Positions 1 through 7,524 of a stretch of 57,140 nt of DNA are shown piece after piece. Origin of the DNA: Clostridia bacterium (GTDB lineage: Bacteria; Bacillota; Clostridia; Christensenellales; Borkfalkiaceae); the NCBI GenBank assembly GCA_017624815.1, contig JAGAMH010000090.1, positions 1 through 57,140 of the forward strand, written 5' to 3'. The notes beneath the pieces are model-generated. The model saw only the letters and a program-made list of their open reading frames with translations. It was not told the DNA's origin and did not search any database. The position numbers were made by a program, and so were the translations under genes. The first letter of the stretch is position 1. Each line of letters starts with the position of its first letter.

Positions 1-8
1 AAAAGGGA

Positions 9-37
9 TTGAAGAAAATATGATTTTATGTTATAAT
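9..37 (+). promoter_or_regulatory. sigma-70 type promoter of the zinc-ribbon/nuclease operon
   Basis: TTGAAG (9-14), 17-bp spacer, TGtTATAAT extended -10 (32-37). AAGGCGG Shine-Dalgarno-like element precedes ATG 70. Confidence 0.6.
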
Positions 38-69
38 AAATTAAAATTTTTTTAATTAAGGCGGTAATT

Positions 70-1455
70 ATGTCCGAAAAAAAAGAAAAGAAATACATTA
101 TTGATAATCCCGTCTTAATGGCAGAATGGAATTGGGAGAAAAATAACGAATTAGGTTTAGACCCTAAAACGTTAACTGTTGGTAGTGAAAAGAAAGTATG
201 GTGGCAATGCCCTAAAGGTCACGAGTGGCAGGCGATAATAAAAAGTAGAAATAAAGGAAATGGATGTCCATATTGTGCAGGAAAAAAAGTCTTAAAAGGT
301 TATAATGATTTAGAAACATTAAATCCTAAATTAGCGAGGGAGTGGCATCCTGTTAAAAATGGAGATTTAACACCGAAGGATGTAACTATTGGATCAAATA
401 AGAAGGTATGGTGGAAATGTTCTAAAGGTCATGAGTGGATGGCGACTATAACCAATAGAAAAAATCATCACGGATGTCCATATTGTGTAAGTAAAAAAGT
501 TTTACAAAGTTATAATGATTTAGAAACCTTAAATCCTAAATTAGCGAGGGAGTGGCACCCTACTAAAAATGGAGATTTAACACCGAAAGATGTAACGACT
601 GGGTCAAGGAAGAAAGTCTGGTGGAAATGTTCCAAAGGACACGAGTGGATGTCTACAATTCATCATAGAAATAATGGAAGTGGTTGTCCTATTTGTGATT
701 CTGAAAGAAAAACATCTACACCTGAATATGCGATTATTTATTATCTTAAAAAAAACAACATAAAGGCAATTCATACTTATAAGGAAAAAGGTTATGAATT
801 AGACATATATATCCCATCTAAAAAAATTGCTATTGAATATGATGGCGGGTTGTGGCACAAAAATAGAACAAAAAAAGATTTAGAAAAAAATTTAAGATGT
901 CAAAAAGCTGGAATTACACTTTATAGAATTAGAGAAGGGTTGCATCCATTAAACGATAGTTCAATAGATTTTATTGTAGATAAAAATCAAAATGATTTAG
1001 AAAATGTTATACAAAAAGTTTTAAGTGAAATAGTTGGTTTTACTATTGCCGTTAACTTAAAAAGAGATGCTATTGAAATAGAAAATTTAAGGGAATATAC
1101 AGAAAAGGCAAATTCACTTTTATTCACTAATCAAACTTTAGCACAAGAATGGAATTATGAAAAGAATGGTAATTTAAAACCAGAACATATATTAGCAAAT
1201 AGCCATAAAAAAGTATGGTGGAAATGTAGTAAAGGACACGAATGGCAAGCAGTAATAGCAAGTAGAAATACAGGTAGGCGATGTCCTTATTGTTCAGGTA
1301 ATAAAGTCTTAAGGGGTTATAACGATTTAGTAACGATTAATCCTAAATTAGCAAGTGAATGGAATTATGAAAAAAACGGCGATTCAAAACCTGAAGAGTT
1401 TATGCCAAACAGCCATAAAAAGGTATGGTGGATATGCAGTAAAGGTCATGAATGA
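70..1455 (+). CDS. Zinc-ribbon repeat protein with a central DUF559/Vsr-like (restriction-endonuclease-fold) domain; C-terminus truncated by an in-frame TGA
   Basis: Five repeats of W-x-C-x-KGHEW...GCP(Y/I)C, three N-terminal and two C-terminal. Central segment YELDIYIPSKKIAIEYDGGLWH...D..KN..C..AGITLYRIRE resembles the DUF559/Vsr core. The frame continues through TGA 1453-1455 to TAA 1537-1539. Confidence 0.75.
   Translation: MSEKKEKKYIIDNPVLMAEWNWEKNNELGLDPKTLTVGSEKKVWWQCPKGHEWQAIIKSRNKGNGCPYCAGKKVLKGYNDLETLNPKLAREWHPVKNGDLTPKDVTIGSNKKVWWKCSKGHEWMATITNRKNHHGCPYCVSKKVLQSYNDLETLNPKLAREWHPTKNGDLTPKDVTTGSRKKVWWKCSKGHEWMSTIHHRNNGSGCPICDSERKTSTPEYAIIYYLKKNNIKAIHTYKEKGYELDIYIPSKKIAIEYDGGLWHKNRTKKDLEKNLRCQKAGITLYRIREGLHPLNDSSIDFIVDKNQNDLENVIQKVLSEIVGFTIAVNLKRDAIEIENLREYTEKANSLLFTNQTLAQEWNYEKNGNLKPEHILANSHKKVWWKCSKGHEWQAVIASRNTGRRCPYCSGNKVLRGYNDLVTINPKLASEWNYEKNGDSKPEEFMPNSHKKVWWICSKGHE
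271..690 (+). repeat. Intragenic tandem duplication, two copies of about 210 bp, each encoding one zinc-ribbon unit
   Basis: The block starting tataatgatttagaaac at 301 recurs at 511 with only scattered substitutions. Flanking tattgtg...aaaaaagt segments at 271 and 481 also match. Confidence 0.8.
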
Positions 1456-1540
1456 CAGGCAACAATAGAAAAGAGAAATAATGGGCGTGGTTGCCCTATT
1501 TGCTATAGAGAAAAACGGAAGAATAATATTAAAAAATAAT

Positions 1541-2293
1541 ATGAATAAAAAGGAACTTTGTTACTCGTCGCTGGAGCCTGTTTTAATTGTAAAGGATTTT
1601 GTAAAGGGTGATAAGAATTGTAATTACGAAAACTATTTGTTGGAATTGATAAATAAATCTAGATATTTTTCTAATAAATTTAATTGTAGACCTTTTGTTA
1701 AACCTTTAAAAGAAGATAATGGGGAATGTGATTGTTATTGTGGCGACTATGGTTTGGATTTCAAACTTGTATTAAGCCAAACTCATATGCAGGCAAAAAG
1801 AGAGTTGTCTTTTCAAATAAGTATTTTGGGTAAAGGAATGATAGCCACGTGTAGCCCGCGTCGTCAAAACGAATCAATGTCAGTTTCTAGATTGCATGTT
1901 GCGTTGAGAAACAGTACACTCGATTATTTAAATGAGATTAAACAAGGAAATTTCAAATATGGCACTGTAGAATATGATTTGCAAGCATATTTAAATTTAC
2001 TTGAAACAAACAAAAACTTATTTCTATTTGTTCCTTTACGATTTTACTATAAAGAGAGAATTAGTGAAGAAGAAGCAATTTTAGAAATAAACAATGCAGT
2101 TGTTAAAGAATATGAAAAATCTCTCGCTTATCGCAAGCAATATGTCAAAGATAAAGATACATATCTTGCTATTATATATAACGAGTCTTTACTGGTTTAT
2201 GAAAACATAGGAGATAAGTTTATTTTTAAGGAATCAATTGATTTGAACAAAAGCGCAACATATTCTGAATTAGAATTTGCTTACATTTTCTAA
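1541..2293 (+). CDS. Hypothetical protein, possible PD-(D/E)XK-type nuclease (weak)
   Basis: ATG 1541 (MNKKELCYSS...) lies 1 nt after the TAA that would end the read-through form of the upstream gene. The track start at 1481 is an out-of-frame reading of that gene's tail. The ECDCYCGDYGLDFKL segment has a D...D-x-K pattern. Confidence 0.6.
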   Translation: MNKKELCYSSLEPVLIVKDFVKGDKNCNYENYLLELINKSRYFSNKFNCRPFVKPLKEDNGECDCYCGDYGLDFKLVLSQTHMQAKRELSFQISILGKGMIATCSPRRQNESMSVSRLHVALRNSTLDYLNEIKQGNFKYGTVEYDLQAYLNLLETNKNLFLFVPLRFYYKERISEEEAILEINNAVVKEYEKSLAYRKQYVKDKDTYLAIIYNESLLVYENIGDKFIFKESIDLNKSATYSELEFAYIF

Positions 2294-2359
2294 TCTGGTA
2301 TAAATTTAGTTTAAGAAATATAATAATACACCATTGAAAATTTAATATAAAAAAGATAA

Positions 2360-2387
2360 AGCGTTAGAGAATTTCTAACGCTTTTTG
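2360..2387 (+). terminator. Rho-independent terminator of the two-gene operon
   Basis: Stem AGCGTTAGA / TCTAACGCT, 5-nt loop, followed by TTTTT. Confidence 0.75.
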
Positions 2388-2430
2388 AGTTTTGGTTCTT
2401 GTAGTTCACCACCCGTACAGCCACTAGTAT

Positions 2431-2467
2431 AGGTCTATAAGTATTTTGCTTATAGACCTTTATTTTT
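2431..2467 (+). terminator. Second, orphan terminator-like hairpin
   Basis: Stem AGGTCTATAAG / CTTATAGACCT, 7-nt loop, followed by TTATTTTTT. There is no ORF between it and the previous terminator. Confidence 0.5.
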
Positions 2468-2526
2468 TGCCTTTTTGCGCTAAAAAAATTGAACGGTGCG
2501 TAATTTTACTTATTTTTGCGTTTTTA

Positions 2527-2555
2527 TTGAAAAGGGTGATTAATTATGCTATACT
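2527..2555 (+). promoter_or_regulatory. sigma-70 type promoter
   Basis: TTGAAA (2527-2532), 17-bp spacer, TATACT (2550-2555). Confidence 0.6.
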
Positions 2556-2582
2556 GTGTTTATAAAATAACGGCGGGGATAT

Positions 2583-3140
2583 ATGCAAATGAAACTTGAA
2601 GATTTTAAACTTGAACGGAATATTTTAAATAACAGCTTGTTTTATTACTGTTGCGGAAAAGACCCCACTCCCGTTGCCGCTTTTGGCGCAAAGTTCCCGC
2701 TTTACGTTTATTCTGACTTGCTAAATTACGGGCGCGGAAATTTTACACAGGAAACGCAAACGCTTTATTTACGGCTTAAAAATTTAAACTTTACCTTTTT
2801 GGGCGCGCGCAGTTTTTTAATAAACGAAAATCGTGCCGAGCTAACCTTATGGAAAAGTTTGCAAAACGAAGAATTTTTTATTTTATACGTTGCAGGCGAC
2901 GCCGTTAAAACTTATACTCAAATTTACGGGTTAAACGTGGCATATACCCACCCCAAATGCGTTTGTAACGTGCGTTACGAAATGAACGCAAGCTTTTTTA
3001 GCAAGGTGGAAAACGCCGCAGATTATATTATGGGTTATTGCTTTAACAAAGAATTTGCACCCCTTACTACTTACCCCTATTTAGGCGATTACGGAAAGGA
3101 AAAAAGCGTAACGCTGCACGGAAAATACCCACTATTTTAA
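2583..3140 (+). CDS. Hypothetical protein, no family recognised
   Basis: 185-aa ORF with a GGCGGGGA ribosome-binding site upstream. An alternative ATG lies at 2589. No motif recognised. Confidence 0.6.
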   Translation: MQMKLEDFKLERNILNNSLFYYCCGKDPTPVAAFGAKFPLYVYSDLLNYGRGNFTQETQTLYLRLKNLNFTFLGARSFLINENRAELTLWKSLQNEEFFILYVAGDAVKTYTQIYGLNVAYTHPKCVCNVRYEMNASFFSKVENAADYIMGYCFNKEFAPLTTYPYLGDYGKEKSVTLHGKYPLF

Positions 3141-3150
3141 AGGAGAAATT

Positions 3151-3630
3151 ATGGAATACGATTGTTGTTTAACAAAAGAAAACAAATGGTTTAGATACCG
3201 CGCCGCGGCAATTATTATTGAAAACGGTTGCGTACTGTTCGTAACCAACGAAAACGAAGATTATTACTATTCGGTTGGCGGCGGCGTTCATATAGGCGAA
3301 ACTGCCGAAGACGCCGTTTTAAGAGAAGTTTACGAAGAAACGGGCGTTAAATACGAAATAGACCGCCTTGCAGTTATACACGAAAACTTTTTTAGCGAGG
3401 ATAGCGGTTCGTTAAAAGGGCTAACCTGCCACGAGCTTGCCTTTTATTATTTGATGAAACCGCGCGGCTCGCAACAGCTTTTTAGCAACAGTTATTCGTT
3501 CGACAAAAAAGAAGAGCTAATTTGGATACCGATAAAAGACTTACATAAATACAAAGCCTTCCCCTCCTTTTTAATCGATTATTTAAAAAGCGAACACGAA
3601 GGCGTGGAACACATAATAACCAAAGAGTAG
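3151..3630 (+). CDS. Nudix hydrolase
   Basis: Nudix box GGGVHIGETAEDAVLREVYEETGV (G-x5-E-x7-REUxEExGU). AGGAG ribosome-binding site before the ATG. Confidence 0.85.
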   Translation: MEYDCCLTKENKWFRYRAAAIIIENGCVLFVTNENEDYYYSVGGGVHIGETAEDAVLREVYEETGVKYEIDRLAVIHENFFSEDSGSLKGLTCHELAFYYLMKPRGSQQLFSNSYSFDKKEELIWIPIKDLHKYKAFPSFLIDYLKSEHEGVEHIITKE

Positions 3631-3657
3631 AACTTTTCTACTCTTTTATTTTTACTA

Positions 3658-3686
3658 TTGCAAACTAAAACTGAGCGTGGTATAAT
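3658..3686 (+). promoter_or_regulatory. sigma-70 type promoter internal to the cluster
   Basis: TTGCAA (3658-3663), 17-bp spacer, TATAAT (3681-3686). Confidence 0.6.
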
Positions 3687-3708
3687 AGTATAAAGGCTTA
3701 GGTGAACT

Positions 3709-4404
3709 ATGATTGATTCTTCCGATTTTTTAAACGTTGTAAAAAAGTGCGTTGCGTTTAGGGCGTTAGCGGAAAAAAGTGAATATAAAACCAACGTAAA
3801 CGAAGGACATTTTGTTAAGCTTGCAGCAAATAGCGCCGCAATATTGTGCTATCAATTACATTTGAACGCCCATTTGGCAGAAGCTTTAACTTACGTATTA
3901 GGTTGGTGTTTTCCCTTGCACGGAAGGGCGGGATTAAACGCCATTTTTAAACACGCCGAAAATAACGCAATTTATATTAACGAACCTTTTTTAAAGTTGG
4001 AATTCGTATTGTCGGGAATTTCTTCTAAGAACGAAAAGTTATACTTTGAACATTGGGATTATATAGAAAAAGTTTTAGCAGCCGACGCAATAAATAGCAG
4101 CGTGCCCGAAGTTAAAGTTGCCGCAATTTGCCATAATTATATCCAAAAAATTAAGCCTATTGCATATCAATCGCTTGAAGAATTTTTCGATTTGGAAAAA
4201 ACTATTTTTAAAAGAATAGAAAAAGAGTGCCAAACGCAACAACGCCCCGTTTGGCTTAAAGAAATAGACGAAATTATAACCCCGCCCCTTTGCGATAAAT
4301 TAGAAGAAAACGACGAAAGGGAATTTTTAACTTTACTTAAAACTTATACTGACGAATACGACTTTGTAAAAGGGCTTTGCCTTTTTATCGCTATTGAATT
4401 ATAG
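3709..4404 (+). CDS. Hypothetical protein, no family recognised
   Basis: 231-aa ORF with an AGGTGA ribosome-binding site. It ends 8 nt before the next ATG. Confidence 0.6.
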   Translation: MIDSSDFLNVVKKCVAFRALAEKSEYKTNVNEGHFVKLAANSAAILCYQLHLNAHLAEALTYVLGWCFPLHGRAGLNAIFKHAENNAIYINEPFLKLEFVLSGISSKNEKLYFEHWDYIEKVLAADAINSSVPEVKVAAICHNYIQKIKPIAYQSLEEFFDLEKTIFKRIEKECQTQQRPVWLKEIDEIITPPLCDKLEENDEREFLTLLKTYTDEYDFVKGLCLFIAIEL

Positions 4405-4412
4405 GAGTACTT

Positions 4413-7268
4413 ATGGCTAAATTATACGTTTACGCAGCTTTAAAAAGGACGGAAAAAGATTGGTCTACCGCGCCGAAAAAAACGGAAGTATATTATACCT
4501 ACGCGCAAATGCACGCCACTAAATGGATTACCTATGATTACCGTCCGCTGGGGTATTACGGTATTAGAAGATACCGCGACTACACCCCCGTTCAAGCGCG
4601 CCAATACTCGAACGGTTTATTATTTAAAGACGAAAACGGCAGATATTACGAAAATATGGGCACTTATTGGTTAGATAAAAACGCCTCTGCCGAAGTTATT
4701 GTAGACGGTAAAAAGTACGAGGTTGGAAGGTATTTTTTCACCGAAATAGATATTCCCAAAGGCGAGCATTCAATTACCGTAAACTTAAAAATTCATAATA
4801 GCTCGGCAATAGGCAAGCAACCGCTAATGGTATGTAAATTTAACCATAATTTTTGCGACGAATATACCTTTATGGAAATTTTGGGCGCTATTACGCAAGT
4901 GCCAGTAGTATGCAAAAGGTTTAGAAAAACTATGGATATGGTTTACAACGTCGACACGCCAGAAATAGACGGCTACGATGAATTCACCGTTAAGGTTACC
5001 GATTCCGATTTAAAGATAAACTTCGTAACGCTTGCCGATATGAAAAGGCGTATTCTTTACGACGACGTTTTATTAGAACCTACTCTGCCCACAGAGCAAG
5101 AATATCAAAAAGGCTTGCAAAATTCCAACCCCTTTGATATGCTTACTTCTCCCGCTCTGCGAGTTAAAAATGATAAAGAGATAGAGCTTAATAATTCGTC
5201 TACTCCCACGGCAAACGGCGTAAAAGCAAAAAACGTAAACTCTGCCACCGCGGCTAATAACGGCAATAACGCCTCTACCACCGCCCCTAATAACGGCGCA
5301 AACGGACAAAAAAATGCAAATTCCCCCGCAAATATGCCCAAACAAACGCCTGAACCCGATTTTGTAGGCGCGTTTGGAAAGGACAGTCAACTTTCTAAGG
5401 CAATGCGCATTTTAAACCACGCAACTGGACCTATTGCACCCGTAATAAAATACGACCACGTTACCGAAAGTCCTACCTTTAAAGAAAAAATTGCAATATT
5501 TGATTACCAAGTTGACGGGCAGGAAATAACGGTTAAAAAATTACTTAAAGCGCAGAGCGAAGTAGAAATACCGCTTGGCGTTACCCGCATTGCAGAAGGC
5601 GCTTTTTCTAACGTACCGTTCGTTGAAAGGGTGCTTATTCCACGCACGGTAAATTATATAGGCGCGCGGGCTTTTTACAATAATAAAACGATTAGGGTAA
5701 TACATTACCCCGAAGGAAAAATTACAACTATTTACTGGGATACCTTTTACGGTTGCTCTAATTTGCGCAATATACTGCTGCCTAAAAGCGACTTAAAAGA
5801 TATACAAAGCGGCGCGTTTAAGGGCGTTGCCACCAAAGAAATTTACGTGCCTAAATACGTGCGGATAATGGACGGAGCTTTTGACGACGACTGTTATTAT
5901 TTGCGCGGAGAAGGTGGCGACAAAGTCGCCCTTATAGCGCAATGCAAACGGGAAAAAGCTGCAGAACAAGAGCGAAGAAGAATTGCTTTTGAAGAAGAGC
6001 AAGCGCGCATTGCCGAAGAAGAACGCATTACAAAAGAGAAAGAACGCAAAGAGCGGCTTATTAAAGAAAACCACGAAAGAGAGCTTGCCAACCGAAAAAA
6101 GCGCAGAGAAGAAGAACTTAAACTTCAGGAGGAAGAAGAAAAAAAGCGCAAGGAGCTAAGCGATAAAAAGCGCGCGGAAAAACTAGCTATGGCTAAGCTT
6201 GAGCAGGACAAACTGCGCGAAGAAGAACAAAAGGCTATCGCTAAGCAAAAATCACAACCTATTCCACCCACTAAAATTACTGTAGAAATAAAAGACGTAT
6301 CTAAAAAGCAATCGGAAGTTAAAGTAGTGCAAAAAGCCGAACAAAGCGACAAAAAGGCGACGACGAACGCCGTTTGCAAAGGCGACGAATTGATTAGCTT
6401 TAGCGGCAACAAAAAAGTTGTAACCGTACCCGAAAACGTAAGACGATTTGCCAAGGGCGCTTTTAACAACCCCTCTATTACTAAAGTTGAATTTTGCTGC
6501 GAGATAGAAGAACTGCCTGCCGAGCTTTTTAAAAACAATAAAACGGTTGAAGAAATTATTTTGCCCGAAAGCTTAAAGGTAATTAAAAACGGTGCGTTTG
6601 AAGGGTGCACCTCCCTTAAAAAGGTAATAGCGTACAGAAACGTTCACACTATAGAAAATAATGCGTTTAAGGGCTGTATATGCCTTAACGAATTGCATTT
6701 TGAAATTACCAAAGCCACGCATTTATGCTTAAAAAAATTAGGCGAAAGCGCGTTTGAAAACTGCGGCAAATTGAAAAAGTTTATTGCAAACGATATTGCC
6801 GTTATTGAAAAAAGATGCTTTTTAAACTGCAAAGAGCTTGTTTTGCTTGAAAGCTTTGGCGTGGGCACTATTGGTGAAGAAGCCTTTAAAAACTGCGAAA
6901 AGCTGGAAAAGTTCGACCTATATAAACGGCATATAGACGATACTATTAGTCTAATAGAAGTTGGTGCGTTTGAAAACTGTGTAAAATTAAAATCCTTCGT
7001 TTATACAGGCAAAAAAGTTGATATAAGGGGCGGTGCGTTTAAAAACTGCCACAGTTTAGAGTGGATAGAATTTAGCTATAAATCCGACCTGTTCCCCGAC
7101 TTTGCAATAAGCGGAAAATGCCCTTTTAAAAGTGCGTTTGAAGGGTGCTCCTCCCTTAAAAATATAGTTTACGACGGAAAAAAATCAGTTATAAAAGCGC
7201 TTGACGGCGACAACAAAATCCCATTTAAAATAGTTAAATCATTAAAAAAGAAATTTTTCTTCTTTTAA
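4413..7268 (+). CDS. Large BspA-type leucine-rich-repeat protein with a central K/E-rich coiled coil and no signal peptide
   Basis: Repeated units of the form F..C..L..I.(I/L)P...I...AF (for example AFEGCTSLKKV, AFKGCICLNEL, AFENCGKLKKF) form two blocks. They are separated by about 130 aa of EEEQARIAEEERITKEKERKE-type sequence. An N/A-rich low-complexity linker sits at about aa 260-310. Confidence 0.75.
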   Translation: MAKLYVYAALKRTEKDWSTAPKKTEVYYTYAQMHATKWITYDYRPLGYYGIRRYRDYTPVQARQYSNGLLFKDENGRYYENMGTYWLDKNASAEVIVDGKKYEVGRYFFTEIDIPKGEHSITVNLKIHNSSAIGKQPLMVCKFNHNFCDEYTFMEILGAITQVPVVCKRFRKTMDMVYNVDTPEIDGYDEFTVKVTDSDLKINFVTLADMKRRILYDDVLLEPTLPTEQEYQKGLQNSNPFDMLTSPALRVKNDKEIELNNSSTPTANGVKAKNVNSATAANNGNNASTTAPNNGANGQKNANSPANMPKQTPEPDFVGAFGKDSQLSKAMRILNHATGPIAPVIKYDHVTESPTFKEKIAIFDYQVDGQEITVKKLLKAQSEVEIPLGVTRIAEGAFSNVPFVERVLIPRTVNYIGARAFYNNKTIRVIHYPEGKITTIYWDTFYGCSNLRNILLPKSDLKDIQSGAFKGVATKEIYVPKYVRIMDGAFDDDCYYLRGEGGDKVALIAQCKREKAAEQERRRIAFEEEQARIAEEERITKEKERKERLIKENHERELANRKKRREEELKLQEEEEKKRKELSDKKRAEKLAMAKLEQDKLREEEQKAIAKQKSQPIPPTKITVEIKDVSKKQSEVKVVQKAEQSDKKATTNAVCKGDELISFSGNKKVVTVPENVRRFAKGAFNNPSITKVEFCCEIEELPAELFKNNKTVEEIILPESLKVIKNGAFEGCTSLKKVIAYRNVHTIENNAFKGCICLNELHFEITKATHLCLKKLGESAFENCGKLKKFIANDIAVIEKRCFLNCKELVLLESFGVGTIGEEAFKNCEKLEKFDLYKRHIDDTISLIEVGAFENCVKLKSFVYTGKKVDIRGGAFKNCHSLEWIEFSYKSDLFPDFAISGKCPFKSAFEGCSSLKNIVYDGKKSVIKALDGDNKIPFKIVKSLKKKFFFF

Positions 7269-7276
7269 AAAAAAGT

Positions 7277-7306
7277 CCCCGCAGACCTAAGTCTGCGGGG
7301 CTTTTT
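7277..7306. terminator. Bidirectional rho-independent terminator between convergent genes
   Basis: Stem CCCCGCAGAC / GTCTGCGGGG, loop CTAA, with an A-run upstream and a T-run downstream. Confidence 0.85.
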
Positions 7307-7343
7307 ACAAAACGTATTAAAACCTGGAGGTTGATAAAACTTT

Positions 7344-7523
7344 TTATTTTTTATCGGCGTTTTTCTTGCTTGCACAATTTGCGCCGTTTGGACAGGAGGA
7401 ACAACCGCATCCACAGTCGCATCCACTACTTTTGCCCGATAATTTTTTATAGATAGTAAGCCCTATTACGCCGCCTACTATTAAAACGGCAACTACTAGG
7501 ATTACGATATCGATAGGTTGCAT
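7344..7523 (-). CDS. FeoB-associated Cys-rich membrane peptide (59 aa, absent from the ORF track)
   Basis: Hand translation: MQPIDIVILVVAVLIVGGVIGLTIYKKLSGKSSGCDCGCGCSSCPNGANCASKKNADKK. One TM helix plus a Cys-rich tail. The ATG lies 1 nt after the feoB stop codon. Confidence 0.75.
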   Translation of the reverse strand: MQPIDIVILVVAVLIVGGVIGLTIYKKLSGKSSGCDCGCGCSSCPNGANCASKKNADKK

Positions 7524-7524
7524 T

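Noticed and set aside
1453-1455. Possibility that TGA is read as Trp or Gly genome-wide (genetic code 4 or 25)
   Set aside because: feoA terminates with TGA in a typical ATGA overlap with feoB at a position consistent with full-length FeoA. All other conserved Trp positions in the repeats use TGG. No other ORF in the window needs TGA read-through to reach normal length.
1481-1540. Track ORF start MGVVALFAIEKNGRIILKNN for the second gene
   Set aside because: This stretch is the out-of-frame reading of the zinc-ribbon tail (RGCPICYREKRKNNIKK) of the upstream gene. ATG 1541, directly after that frame's TAA, is the sensible start.
5900-6260. Repetitive GAAGAA/AAAGAG-rich DNA that could be mistaken for a repeat array or CRISPR-like structure
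   Set aside because: It is in-frame coding sequence for the K/E-rich coiled coil of the LRR protein. It has no regular repeat-spacer periodicity.
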